From Octopus bimaculoides (Eukaryota), in contig NC_068988.1 of assembly GCF_001194135.2 (NCBI RefSeq), positions 13,946,829 to 13,988,698 of the forward strand: a DNA stretch of 41,870 nucleotides. Reading direction: 5' to 3'. Below are positions 11,750 to 24,085 of this stretch, in pieces. The number at the start of each line of letters is the position of its first letter. The stretch's first letter is position 1. The translations under genes and the position numbers were made by a program. A model generated the notes under the pieces. The model made no database searches, was not told where the DNA came from, and worked only from the letters and a program-made list of their open reading frames with translations.

Positions 11750-11750
<1 letters not shown>
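11445..11750 (-). mobile_element. tRNA-derived SINE, family C, second full-length copy inserted in (TA)n
   Basis: Collinear with 2330-2625 (GATGGACTC...CAGATGTCGAA.T.ATCGCAGAGCAACGT.A.ATGAAGTGCT.TGCTCAAGAACA...CCCGGTCT.GGAAT). Confidence 0.85.
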
Positions 11751-11788
<38 letters not shown>

Positions 11789-11794
11789 TATATA

Positions 11795-11975
11795 TATATA
11801 TGGTGTGTGCATGTCTTTGTGGTTGTTTCGGCAAAATAGACCAATAGAATAAATACAAGACTTTAAAATAATATGCACTGGGATCGATTTGTTCGACAGA
11901 ATCCCTTAAGGAGGTGTCCCACCATGGTCGCAGTCCAATGATTGAAACAAATAAAAACTAATAGATAAAATAATG
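11795..11975 (+). mobile_element. Family B SINE, 3' half
   Basis: TTCGGCAAAATAGACCAATAGAATAAATAC...GGGATCGATTTGTTCGAC...CCATGGTCGCAGTCCAATGATTGAAACAA matches the 3' half of 35155-35574. Confidence 0.8.
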
Positions 11976-12902
11976 AATAAAGTAAAACAATACAAAGCGA
12001 CAACAGCCAAACAAAAAGAAAACTATAATCATTCAATAGGCGAAAAAAATGAAAAAAACACAAAACAGGAAACAGAATAGGGAAGAAGAGACAATGGTAG
12101 AGGAATAAAAAAGTAGGAAAGATATAAAGGTATGTTTTTAAAAAAATGGAAAGAAGAAACAGTAGAAGAATGACAGGGGCTTGGTATAAAATAATTTCTT
12201 CAGTCTATTTTATTTTCATTGTTAGAAACTTACCTTGTAGACATTACGTAAGCTTTTGTGTGGCTTAAAAAAATTCGTGAATGTTTATATAAATGAACTG
12301 AGTTAAACTAACATGTATTCAATATAGCTGAACATGCATACAACAAAAAAGAAAACATTGGTTAAAATAACTGGATAGATGATTTAAAATAACCAGGTTT
12401 TATTTGAAGAGTAGAAAAGCAATTGAGATCTGAGCAAATATTTTAGGTTAGTTTATAAATAATTATTATTTTCAAAAAGTTTCTTTCTAAAATTGAACGC
12501 ATACACACTCACATACACGAGCACACATAAACATACACGTATGACACATAAACATGCAAGAATACACAGAAACATAACGTAACTGAATGCATACACGTAT
12601 GCATGTATATAAACACATTATCGTCTAATATTTGTATATGGATACATTTATATTTATATTACATACGCGCACACACGTCTCACATACACATACGTCTCAC
12701 ATACACATACGTCTCACATACACATACACATGTATCTATCAATCTATGCGCGTATGTCCATTAACGTGAAGACACACTTTTATACCAATGTCTACATTTA
12801 CATGTTCATACATGTTCATAAATCTACCAACTACTTCCGTTCATGCGTGCAGACATACACACAAGATTTACTCACACACGTGCGTATATGTACATATGTA
12901 TG

Positions 12903-12936
<34 letters not shown>

Positions 12937-13036
12937 TGTATGTATGTATATATATGTATGTATGTATCTTTCTATCTTTTAAATTTAAAATTAAGAATAT
13001 AAATAAATAAATACATATATATATATATATATATAG

Positions 13037-13095
13037 AAGAAAAAGATATGAATATATATGAGCGGTTTTGGTATCCAGATGACCCAAAATGGCAG
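13037..13095 (+). CDS. Candidate coding exon
   Basis: Reads (x)EKDMNIYERFWYPDDPKWQ and ends at a strong donor CAG|GTAAGG (phase 0). The acceptor is weak (AG after (AT)n); ATG at 13048 could instead be a start. Confidence 0.35.
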
Positions 13096-13510
13096 GTAAG
13101 GCTATATAAATGATACGGAAGGACCGCAGTTAGACTCCCGGTTCGATAATAGTAAATTTGTATTTTTATTCTCTTATTTCCCTTTACACTTCCTATATCT
13201 CTCCATTTCCAAAATAACGTCTTATATTGAACTCTACTATTTCCCTCTATTTTAACTCTCTCATATCGTCTCTGATGTAAGGATATCGTTCATATCCCCG
13301 AACCAACTATCTTTCTCTTTATAAATGTCTTAGAAATTTCACACTGCCTTGGATTTGTTGTCTCATTTTATTTAATATAAATATATAAATATATACGCTC
13401 ATATACATGCACACATATGTACACATAATGTTCGATGGGCGTTGAATACTCATGAGATCTTTTAACTTTTATATCTTTTTTCTTTTTTGTATGTGTATAT
13501 ACGTATATTT

Positions 13511-13544
<34 letters not shown>

Positions 13545-13545
<1 letters not shown>

Positions 13546-14493
13546 TGGGTAGATGGGGCTCGTTAGCCGTGGTGAAGGCAACTCTTCTGGGAGAAGGACA
13601 CTGACATAAAACCATGGCTGTTTGATGGGGGTAGATTGGGCTCCTGTTTCGAAACGAACCTTTGATTAGGACAACCAATATCGGAGATTAAAACTTTGAA
13701 TTCAAATTGACTTACTAATACTTGCTTGCGGGATCCTTTTGAGGAAAAAACTAGGAGAAGGTACTCTAATATAAAACCTGCAGTCAACTTAGTACTAGTC
13801 ATCTTGCTTTGTTTGTCACTGAAATCTACCTAAGATGAGCGATTGCAAAAGTGTCCTTTTTATGGTGAGCTCAACTCTGGTAAGCAACCACAACACAAGT
13901 CGAGAAAAAGATATAAAGACTGTGTGAAGAAAATCCTGAAGAAACTAGATTTGAACAAAAGTGATTGGGAAATTAATGTTCTGGATCGGAAAAAGTGGAG
14001 AGGTACTGTTAGGACTTGTTGCAACGCCTGGGAGTAAAAGATGATTCAGCACTCCGAGCTTAAAAGGGCCTGTCGCAAAGGAACAATTGAAACTGAAATC
14101 AACAGTGAACATTGGATATGTATTATATGTGATCGTGATCTGTTGTCAAAAGCAGGATATGCGAATCATATAAAGTCTCATGAAAATCGAAATGCCCAGG
14201 TAGGAAATAATCTTGGACATCAACCGCCTCTTACGACTTGTGTCATATGTCACAAAACCTGTATGACAATACCTGGACTTAAATGACATATGCTAGTTCA
14301 CAAACATATTTTCTTCAGAATCAGATTCCAAAGGGTAAAGACGTAGAAGAAACTTGAATAATATCTGTCACCTGTGTTTTAAACCCTGTCAGTAGCTGGT
14401 CTTAAAAGTCATCTGAGGGCTCACCAACGGAGGTATTTTGCTGTGTGATGGGGTGTGGTATGTGCTGATTGTATCGTCTGTCAAGATGAAGCG

Positions 14494-14561
<68 letters not shown>
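13545..14561 (+). mobile_element. Internally deleted RTE-BovB-like LINE: 5' UTR-like segment, ORF C-terminus with three C2H2 fingers (13834-14448) and (CTAT)n tail
   Basis: DERLQKCPFYGELNSGKQPQHKSRKRYKDCVKKILKKLDLNKSDWEINVLDRKKWR matches RTE-BovB post-RT sequence (lfYGEL..GkR..g.prkRykD.lk..lk...i....We..a.DR..WR). In-frame stops at 14035-14037 and 14284-14286, a frameshift near 14390, and a tail at 14494-14561. Confidence 0.85.
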
Positions 14562-14562
<1 letters not shown>

Positions 14563-15351
14563 CACTTCTCAAATACAGCGAGAATATTTTCGTGTACAAA
14601 TCACTTAGTGTCCAATAAATTTGTACGTAAGAGAATTAAGTTCAGAGCGAAAATATGGATAACTATATAAATGCAAACAAAGACACACGTAAATAAGTGA
14701 ATATATATATATATATATATATANNNNNNNNNNNNNNNNNNNNNNNNNNNNNNNNNNNNNNNNNNNNNNNNNNNNNNNNNNNNNATATATACGTACTTTA
14801 TATAACACTGTTTATTGCGTAACAATATGAGTATAAATATATACATGGATATGCGATCGTTATCTGCAGCCACAAAAGACACAATTTAGAAATAACTTTT
14901 GGTTATAAAATCTGGTATTATGTGTAAGGACACACACGCGCACACACGCATGCAGACACACACATACACTCTGTGCTCGCATGCAAACACACACATACAC
15001 ATCTGTGCTGGAGTGTATGTGCTGCCGTACACGATATGCTACCAGTAGGTTTAGGTTTCAATAATCGGTTCCACATTAATCTTCTGCATTCTACGCAATA
15101 TAAGTCCAAGCATCACATCAGAAGATAGATTAAAGTGAAGAGTCTGAGCCATGTTATATAATGAAAAGCACAGAATGGATATTTATGCTTTACATTCATG
15201 TATTTCAGTGAATCAACAGCTTTTATCTTTAAAGTGTCTGCAATTGCCGACATTTTGAAGAGTTATACGGTTAACTCCTCGAAATATATATATAACTGCA
15301 TTAAAATACCAATAATATTTTCTGCGTTTATATTTCATACATTCTTTTATT

Positions 15352-15425
15352 CTTTTACTTGTTTCAGCCACGAGACTGTGGCCACGCTGGGATACCGCCC
15401 TGAAGAATTTTAGTCGAAGGAATCT
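15352..15425 (-). mobile_element. Family B SINE 3' terminal fragment
   Basis: TTTTACTTGTTTCAGCCACGAGACTGTGGCCACGCTGGGATACCGCC aligns with 35157-35205. Confidence 0.7.
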
Positions 15426-15837
15426 CTCCACCTTGAAGATGGAGGTTGGCTTTACGGTAATGTTTATGAGCATCCAATACTGGTTGCATATCCGTGACTT
15501 TTTGCACTCCATGTGTCAGCATTATAATTATTTCGTAATTCCGACCCCCCAGAAACAGCTGTCGGACCTGCGATACCATGCCCATTCCTCTTAGTTTTCT
15601 TTACTATTTTGTACTCCATGTAAATTTGCTTTGTAAATAAATAGATATCTTTATGCTTATACACGAGTGTTCATCTTCCAAATATTTTCAGTTTTTGTCT
15701 CTCTGTATGTATATCTCTATATATATTTACAAGCGAATATGTAATATGTATGTATGAATGTATGTACGTACTTATGTATACTTTATATATCAAGCCCAAG
15801 CGTGTTTACTTTCAGCACTATCTCCATATCATCTTAC

Positions 15838-15933
15838 CTGGATTCTTCCTATAGCCATTCTTTACCCCGCGGACTTCGGAATGTAAGTTGAAATCATTTG
15901 AGCACAACCGTGTGTTTTCTATATTGAGCATCT
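15838..15933 (-). CDS. Candidate 96-nt phase 1-1 exon, module A (paralogue of 27243-27356)
   Basis: (x)MLNIENTRLCSNDFNLHSEVRGVKNGYRKNP, donor CAG|GTAAG, acceptor ATCCAG|; the only open minus frame; nucleotide and peptide similarity to module B. Confidence 0.5.
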
Positions 15934-15950
15934 CTGGATTTCAGCTATTG

Positions 15951-15994
<44 letters not shown>

Positions 15995-16142
15995 CGTGTG
16001 TGCCAAAAAATATTCACAATATAGTGGCATAGTAGCAAAGATAGTATTAAAGCTATATAAATGCATAATTATGTCAAAATTATAAATCAAAATTTTGCGT
16101 ATTTAAATGCTAACAGGGCTTCTGAATTGCTACGTGCGCCCG

Positions 16143-16197
<55 letters not shown>

Positions 16198-16746
16198 ACA
16201 CGTATATATATTAATCGATTTGGTGCAATTCTGTATAAGAATATGAATTGAGAGAAATAAGAATATAAAATAAAATAGATCTGAATTGCAAAAGTTTTTT
16301 TTTTATTCGAGCATATTTATAGTAATACAACAAATAATAGAGTGAGATACACAAAGCAAATAATTTTAAAACATTTTTATTGTACGAATAAAAAGAAGAA
16401 AAATACTTGCTCTCTTCATCATTGCTCAACTTCGTTCGCCTATGAATTGACACTGTTCATATCAGTGATTCTATTGAATGCCAGTTGAAAAATCCTCGTA
16501 GTTTTAGATTTTCTTTCTCTCAATCTCCCCCTCGTTCCCTCATTGTCCAATGAATACAGAGATAGCACGCATAACATGTAACAATAGTGTAAAATGACTC
16601 TAGTTCAGAACTCATGTCTCCTTCTGGTGTTGATAGATGTGTTGCTCACTGGTTGGATGGTGTATGGTATGTGTGGCAATCGTCGTATACAATAGCTTAT
16701 AACATAACAGCTGAGGCTTTATTAACAGGATTGTGTATTTCCGCAG

Positions 16747-16800
16747 AAAGCAGTTCAACTGTTAGATGAATCTTTATCAAGACTTTCCAGCAAATGCTAA
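16747..16800 (+). CDS. Candidate terminal coding exon
   Basis: Acceptor TTGTGTATTTCCGCAG|; phase 0 reads KAVQLLDESLSRLSSKC* followed by a second TAA; phase-compatible with the 13095 donor. Confidence 0.33.
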   Translation, partial: KAVQLLDESLSRLSSKC

Positions 16801-17551
16801 TAAGATATCCGTATGAGCCGCTTAGATTTTCAATATCGTATTCATGCATCAGTACTTCTGTATACTCCGAAATATAAATTAATACAATAATATAGAATAG
16901 ACAGATGGGCAGTAAGACACACGTGCAAATACACATCCATAAATATAATATACCCACACTGGCATACACTTATATGCATATGCGTGTCTACATCAGTATT
17001 CGTTTGCATAAACTAACAAACCCCCCCCCCCCCAATAACGACACTCGTACATACACAACTATACGTTCAGACTCAAATATTTACAAACACACTAAATAAC
17101 TAATCAGATATGCATACGTAATTTTACATAGCCTCTCAGTAGATATAGTCTGGTACATACATCCACACTTAAATGTATATGCACAGCAATAATTTTTCAT
17201 AGCATATCTCTATAGACTTCGTGTCAACATCATTAAAATCTGGAACCAAGAGGGACGTTCCGAAGTCTACTAATTAAAAAAAAATGCAATAACAAACAAT
17301 GTAAAGTAAACAATAAACAATATTGAAATGGAAAGCAACAACAACAAACAACAATAAGAGAAACATCATCAAGAAAACAAACTGAGCAGTGTTATCAATA
17401 AAAAAGACAAAACAAAACGACAATTTATTAAGTTTGTATGGCGGAACAGACTGTAGCACGGTCTTTAAAAATCCGGATGAGATCGATGCAGTAAAATATT
17501 TTAGAATAATTTCTAAGTAACGTTAACAACAACATAATTATTAACTCATTC

Positions 17552-17888
17552 AATACCGGGTTCAAATTACATCGACTCCAGTGCTCAACTGGTACTTATT
17601 TTATCGACTCCAAAAAAGATGAAAGGTAAAGTCGACCTCGGAGGAATTTGAACTCAGAACGTAAAAACGAACGTAATGCTGCTAAGCATTTTATTCGGTT
17701 TGCTTGCTCGTCGCCTCATTTAATATTGACTTCAAATTTTAGCACAAGGCCTGAAATTTCGGTCAGTTATATCGTCCTCAGTGCTTCACTGGTACTTAGT
17801 TTATCGATCACGAAAGGATGAAATTTGAACTCAACGTAAAGACGGACGAAATGCCACTAAAGGATCTTACTCGGCTTGCTAGCTCCCC
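17552..17888 (-). mobile_element. Two tandem family A SINEs (17552-17716, 17724-17888)
   Basis: Reverse complement of family motifs: CAGTGCT.AACTGGTACTTA.TTTATCGA...GATGAAA...GTCGACCTCGG.GGAATTTGAACTCA.AACGTAAA.ACG.ACG.AATGC. Confidence 0.85.
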
Positions 17889-18031
17889 ATATTATTCAAT
17901 ATTAACATTAGCGATAATATCATAACGATACATCGTGGGACTTACTAGAAATAACTGCCCAATTTCCCTTAAATTATTTCTTACTTTTTTCATATATACA
18001 TACATTTTCTAGATATATATGGACACATATA

Positions 18032-18303
18032 AGGCGGCGAGCTGGCAGAAACGTTTGCTCGTCAGACGAATGCTTAGCGGTATTTCATGTCTTTACGTTC
18101 AATTTCCGCCGAGATCGACGTCCCCTTTCGGGGTCGATAAATATATACGACGAACTCCTTTCAGTTTCCGTCTACCAAATTCACTCACAAGGCCCACGAT
18201 TATAGAAGAAGACACTTACACAAGATGCCACGCAGTAGGACTGAACCCGGAACCATGTGCTTGGGAAGCAAGCTTCTTACCACACAGCCTCACCTGTGCC
18301 TAT
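18032..18303. mobile_element. Family A SINE 5' part (+, 18032-18140) fused to family B SINE 5' half (-, 18141-18303)
   Basis: GGCGGCGAGCTGGCAGAAACG...TTTCGGGGTCGATAAA, then ATACGACGAACTCCTTTCAGTTTCCGTCTACCAAAT...CTTACCACACAGCC. Confidence 0.85.
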
Positions 18304-18879
18304 GATTAAGAAAATTCATGTGCGTGGTGTGCGCATTGCACCAGATTTTTTAATCATTTCTGCAGACTAGATTGTATATTTGTGTCTGTTACAGAGTTAA
18401 AAGTTGTTCACAACTGAAGTGTTTATTGTATTAGAAAATTGAAGCTGTTTGAGTTATATTAAGAATCTGTGGTCGTCATTAGAGGCTATTGACATTTGTA
18501 AGGACTGCCTTACAATTTTCAATTGCACTTGTCAGATTTTTTTATTAGTTTTAACCGAATATTGTCCAACTGTAGAATGGGAGATTGCATGACTATGATT
18601 TAAAAAGATTTCTTAATATGTGTAGTTTCTGCAGTTTGGTGTCGTAAAACGCAGGAAATCTTTAAGTTTTCTTTGGTTGATAAATATTCGCACACACATA
18701 TACACACACACACGCACGCACACACAAGTGCGCGCGCGCAACAATACAAGAAGTTGGAAAACTTTTTGGGCATAGTTTATTCACCATTACACATGTTTCG
18801 TTTGCTAATAGGAATTACAAAGTTTTACATGTTAGATAAACATGATCACACAGCTTGGATTTTACCCTACGTACATAAT

Positions 18880-18911
<32 letters not shown>

Positions 18912-19530
18912 GCTTTAAGGAGAAAATATATCATATATGTGTTATCTTTAGCTTAAGAATATGTGAGTTTAGAGTTGGACACTGTTAGGGTTTTGCTGAA
19001 AGCAAGGGCAGTCCTTCACAGAAATCTTTTATACTTATCTAGTCATTTTCAGATATGTAGTCACAGCTAGACTACCCCTTCCTCAAATAACTAAAACGCG
19101 TCCAAAGATACCATTGTGCTGTCAAAGATCGCATTCATTCTTCAGCATTCAACATTTAATTCATGAATTTTCATTAATTAACCTTCTGTGGTTTTCTCCT
19201 CTTTCTTCGTTAAAAAGTGTCATTTCATTCGGAAATAATTGTTTTCATTTCTAAGATTGTAATTATAATTAATTATCTAATTATTTGTCTCTTTTTCTTA
19301 CTACATCAAGTGTGAAAGGGCTCACTTTACTATAAAAAAAAAACGACGAGTTCATTAATATCAAATATATAAATTACTAGAATCGGGTGAAATGATTGAC
19401 CAATCTATATGAAACTTCCAGTGCAGGCAGTTAATGGCTGGCGAAACTTGTAAGCAGGTACCTTGCACTTACAGCTGTTGAGTGATTAAAGCGGACAGTT
19501 TAGTGAAAGTTGGAAATAATAGTCTCATAA

Positions 19531-19665
19531 GACGGTGAATAGGCAGAATGGTTAAAGCGGAGTTATTTGTCCGGGCTCACTGCGCTCTGAGCTCGAATTT
19601 TCCCGAAGCTAACTTTACTTTTCATCTTTTCAGAGTCGGTTGATATAGTACCAAAGTACCAACCA
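19531..19665 (+). mobile_element. Degenerate family A SINE
   Basis: GACGGTGAATAGGCAGAATGGTTA...CTCTGAGCTCGAATTTTCCCGAAGCTAACTTTACTTTTCATCTTTTCAGAGTCG. Confidence 0.65.
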
Positions 19666-20185
19666 AGTAAAGAAGCTGCTTCCTTTTCTAACTGTTTGAG
19701 AAGTGTTGAGGAATTTCGGGAAGCAGGGAATTTTTGAAGAATGCAGTTGAAAATCCCCACGGGTAGTTTATTCCAAGCTTCGAGAATTCTAAACGTAAAA
19801 AAATGTTTCGAAATTTCATATAATTCAAAAAGGTGAGCAAAGTTGTTGAAAAATGATGGATAGCTTTGAGGGTTTCTGCCAAGTCACTTGCTAGATGCCG
19901 AATCCTCCCGTTCAAAAAATGGCGACTGTGTAGGGACCCATCTACTACTAGATTCCATTTTGTTTAAATCCATACATTCAGTCTACTTCGGCTTCAAAAT
20001 CACCCAATAGCAATTTACGAATTTATAAGATTGCTTAAAAAGCAGTAAAATATGTTGCATATTTATCCTGCCAGATATTTCTGAATGATTAATGTACAAA
20101 TTTTAAGATTGTAATTCTTTGAATTATTAACCTAATCTTTGGAATTGAAATATCCATTTTTAAATAGCTAAAACCTGTGAAATCT

Positions 20186-20405
20186 GTGAGCTGGCAGAAT
20201 TAATAACATGCTGTTCAAATTGCTTCACGCCATTTCGTCTGTCTTTACGTACAGAGTTCAAATTCCGCCGGCGTCGATTTTGCCTTTCATCCTTTCGGGG
20301 TCAATAAAATAGGTACCAGTTGTGCACGGGGAGGGGGGGGGGTGCAATCGACTTACCCCCTCCTCTGAAATTGGTGCCCCTGTGCCAAAATTTGAAACCA
20401 GTATT
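20186..20405 (+). mobile_element. Family A tRNA-derived SINE, near full length
   Basis: A-box-like TGGCAGAAT, B-box GAGTTCAAATTCC, body GTCGATTTTGCCTTTCATCCTTTCGGGGTC, end GTGCCAAAATTTGAAACC. Confidence 0.9.
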
Positions 20406-20882
20406 TAACATTTGCACTACATTCATTAGGAGTTTTATATATATCCACGAATAAAACATCTGATGATTATTTGAGATCAAAACATACCGTAAATAAAAAT
20501 ATATACAAAATTGTTTTATTTCTAAAGTTGAGGTTAACAGTCTGAAAAATTCGACAGGTAGACCTGGAGTAGAGATGACATGTCATTGAAGAGGTTACGA
20601 ATGGCGACGACAGAACTTAGCTGACAGACTGATTAACTGAACGATCCTTTATTTAATTGGTTAAATGGCAAACTAATTTACTAATAGTAATAAAAGAAGT
20701 GAAATCGAACCAGTGCATGTGTTCATTATTGGCATACTGACTCTCCCGTGACACAACAAAATATGTTTCAACTTACGAGACCATCTCAAGAATTTTGCAA
20801 GCCAAATACAGAAGCGAACTGTCATTTTATTTAAAATTACTACTAAATATTACGTATTTTCTATTTAATTACATTGAAAAGA

Positions 20883-21080
20883 GTGACAAGCTGGCACGAA
20901 GGATAACATTCTTAGCAGTATTTCGTCCGTTTTTATGTTTGAATTCAAATTCCACCGAGATCAACTTTGACTTTCATCCTCCGGGGTCGATGAAATAAGT
21001 ATCACTTGAACGCTGGAGTCAAAGTAACCGACTAGCTCCATCCCACCAAATTATACATTTTCTCTGCATTGTGCCTATAT
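20883..21080 (+). mobile_element. Family A SINE
   Basis: Same motif order as 20186-20405. Confidence 0.85.
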
Positions 21081-21647
21081 AAGGGTTTAATCACAACTTA
21101 TTCTTGAATTATTAACATTTCCTGAACTTATTCCATTGTAGTGTTCAATTTCTTCTATTCGCTTTAATACGTCGAAGCCATGTGCCTAGACTAGAGTCGT
21201 GATAATTCTTGATCTTCGACCTACTCTTGTCCGTTCATTGGATTACATTAAATTATGGACTACGATGCTACGTCCAGTGCCTATTTTATTGATTTTGTTC
21301 GCATAGACAAACTACGAAAGGAAAATGTTGGAGGCTGGAGATCTCTATCGTATTTACATAGTGTTTGCGATTGTCAACATTTGTAAATATTGGTTTATTT
21401 ATTACGTAAAAGCAACCACTTTAGTTTATGAGGGGATAGAAAATAAGATTAGACGGTGTTTATAACTCACTAAAGTGTTATTAGGTGACGCATTAACGAG
21501 AAATATATTTAATTAAGATTCGAAACCAAGACGCAAATAATAGAGTTATGTACAACACTATTCCTAAGTATATATTGGTTTCATTTTAATTCGATAAATG
21601 GGGAATAGCGACGTTTATGTTTATCTTTAGGATACTAAGAGTATAAG

Positions 21648-21850
21648 AAGGTAGCGAATCGGTGGCATAGTGGACAAAATGCTTAGAATGATTTCTTCCA
21701 GTCTTATAATGTGAGTAAAAATTCCGCCGAATTCGATTTTGCCTCTCATCCTTTCGGGGTCGATGAAATAAGTACCAGTTGAACACTGAGGTTGATGTAA
21801 TCGATAAAACACATCCCTTCACAACAGCCGGTCAAAATTTGAAAGTATAT
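21648..21850 (+). mobile_element. Family A SINE
   Basis: AATTCCGCCGAATTCGATTTTGCCTCTCATCCTTTCGGGGTCGATGAAATAAGTACCAGTTGAACACTG...CAAAATTTGAAA. Confidence 0.85.
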
Positions 21851-21877
21851 TAAGAGTATTAGAAAAATATTGATGTA

Positions 21878-21975
21878 TCAATTTCTCTGCGTGGCATCTT
21901 GGGTAAGTGCATTCTACTATAGCCTCGTGGTGACCAAAGCCTTGGTAGACGGAAACTGAAAGAAGCCTGTCGAAT
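21878..21975 (+). mobile_element. Family B SINE 5' half running into N gap 21976-22837
   Basis: CTGCGTGGCATCTTGGGTAAGTGCATTCTACTATAGCCTCG...TGGTAGACGGAAACTGAAAGAAGCCTGTCG. Confidence 0.8.
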
Positions 21976-22860
21976 NNNNNNNNNNNNNNNNNNNNNNNNN
22001 NNNNNNNNNNNNNNNNNNNNNNNNNNNNNNNNNNNNNNNNNNNNNNNNNNNNNNNNNNNNNNNNNNNNNNNNNNNNNNNNNNNNNNNNNNNNNNNNNNNN
22101 NNNNNNNNNNNNNNNNNNNNNNNNNNNNNNNNNNNNNNNNNNNNNNNNNNNNNNNNNNNNNNNNNNNNNNNNNNNNNNNNNNNNNNNNNNNNNNNNNNNN
22201 NNNNNNNNNNNNNNNNNNNNNNNNNNNNNNNNNNNNNNNNNNNNNNNNNNNNNNNNNNNNNNNNNNNNNNNNNNNNNNNNNNNNNNNNNNNNNNNNNNNN
22301 NNNNNNNNNNNNNNNNNNNNNNNNNNNNNNNNNNNNNNNNNNNNNNNNNNNNNNNNNNNNNNNNNNNNNNNNNNNNNNNNNNNNNNNNNNNNNNNNNNNN
22401 NNNNNNNNNNNNNNNNNNNNNNNNNNNNNNNNNNNNNNNNNNNNNNNNNNNNNNNNNNNNNNNNNNNNNNNNNNNNNNNNNNNNNNNNNNNNNNNNNNNN
22501 NNNNNNNNNNNNNNNNNNNNNNNNNNNNNNNNNNNNNNNNNNNNNNNNNNNNNNNNNNNNNNNNNNNNNNNNNNNNNNNNNNNNNNNNNNNNNNNNNNNN
22601 NNNNNNNNNNNNNNNNNNNNNNNNNNNNNNNNNNNNNNNNNNNNNNNNNNNNNNNNNNNNNNNNNNNNNNNNNNNNNNNNNNNNNNNNNNNNNNNNNNNN
22701 NNNNNNNNNNNNNNNNNNNNNNNNNNNNNNNNNNNNNNNNNNNNNNNNNNNNNNNNNNNNNNNNNNNNNNNNNNNNNNNNNNNNNNNNNNNNNNNNNNNN
22801 NNNNNNNNNNNNNNNNNNNNNNNNNNNNNNNNNNNNNTATATATATACATATATATATTC

Positions 22861-22893
<33 letters not shown>

Positions 22894-22919
22894 TATATAC
22901 ATACATATTCATATCTATA

Positions 22920-22962
<43 letters not shown>

Positions 22963-23289
22963 TATATGTATACATGTACGAATGTATGTATATATGTTCA
23001 CTGAGTTTCATCAATACTTGTCGAAAATGTAAATTAAGCGAGCGACTTTGATTCAGATTGAATTGCATACAAGATTTATGGTTTTGTAATGTTTAATAAA
23101 GCAGGAATTTGATTTCTAGTTTATATTCCTTTTCAGCGCTAAATGAAGTCGTAAAGTAAATCACGAGGCTTTAAAGATAGCTGATGCGTTAATGATGAAG
23201 TCTTATTTCCAGATCTCCCTCATTTGATCTCGCTTGTTTGATATTTGATAAGAAATCCTTTGAATTCTTCGGTGTAATAAGTTTCATTT

Positions 23290-23749
23290 AATAATAATAA
23301 TAATGGTTTCAAATTTTGGCACAGATCCAGCAGGTTCGGGACAAGAGTAAGTCGATTATATTAACCTCAGTATTCAACTGGTACTTATCTTATCGGCCCC
23401 GAAAGGATGAAAGGCAGAGTCGACCATGGCGGGATTTGAACTCTGAAGGTAAAGACTGACGGAATGCCGCCAGGCATTTTGTCCGGCGTGCTAACGATTC
23501 TGCCAGCTTGTCACTTTAATAATAATGGTAATAATGCTTTCTACTGTAGGCACAAGGCCTTAAATTTTACGGGGAGGAGACTAGTCGATTACATTGACCC
23601 CAGTGTTTCACTGGTACTTAATTTATCGACCTCGAAAGGAGGAAATGCTAAGTCGACCACGGTGGAATTTAAACTCAGAACTTAAAGACGGGCGAAATGC
23701 CGCTAAGCATTTCGCCGGACGTGCAATCGATTCTGCCAGCTTGCTACCT
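23290..23749 (-). mobile_element. Two tandem family A SINEs with (AAT)n tails (23290-23514, 23518-23749)
   Basis: Each reads GGCACA.G.CC...CTGGTACTTA...ATCG.CC.CGAAAGGA.GAAA.GC..AGTCGACCA.GG.GG.ATTT.AACTC...GATTCTGCCAGCTTG on the plus strand. Confidence 0.9.
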
Positions 23750-23760
23750 TTGTAATAATC

Positions 23761-23791
<31 letters not shown>

Positions 23792-23897
23792 TAATAATAA
23801 TAATAATAATAATGATAATAATAATAATAATTATAATAATAATAATAATGATAATAATAATCTTTTCCACTGGTAGCATACATACATACATACATAC

Positions 23898-23929
<32 letters not shown>

Positions 23930-23935
<6 letters not shown>

Positions 23936-24085
23936 GTGGAAATCTTCCGCACAGTTTCCATCTTCCAAATTATTTCATATAAGGCGCCCTGAACGGTCCG
24001 GGGCAATAATAGAAGACACTTGTCCAAGGTGCCGCGCAGTGGGGCTGAACCTGAATCAACGTGATAGCAAATCACGTTTCTTAAC
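23930..24085 (-). mobile_element. Degenerate family B SINE 5' half
   Basis: TAGAAGACACTTGTCCAAGGTGCCGCGCAGTGGGGCTGAACC. Confidence 0.75.

Noticed and set aside
12234-12327. Minus-strand exon candidate with strong acceptor and AAG|GTAAGT donor
   Set aside because: All three frames contain stops from the best acceptor; it would have to be terminal or UTR, or use a weaker internal AG. Not supportable without RNA data.
15209-15413. Plus-strand acceptor and open frame ESTAFIFKVSAIADILKS
   Set aside because: No good donor, phase-incompatible with the 13095 donor, and the frame runs into a SINE fragment.
15833-15888. Plus-strand reading of modules A and B (CTTAC/CTCAC as branch point, TATAG as acceptor)
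   Set aside because: The donor is not conserved between copies, exon lengths differ in phase (28 vs 30 nt) and homology continues about 55 nt into what would be intron. The minus-strand model fits the homology boundaries better, though the plus reading is not formally excluded.
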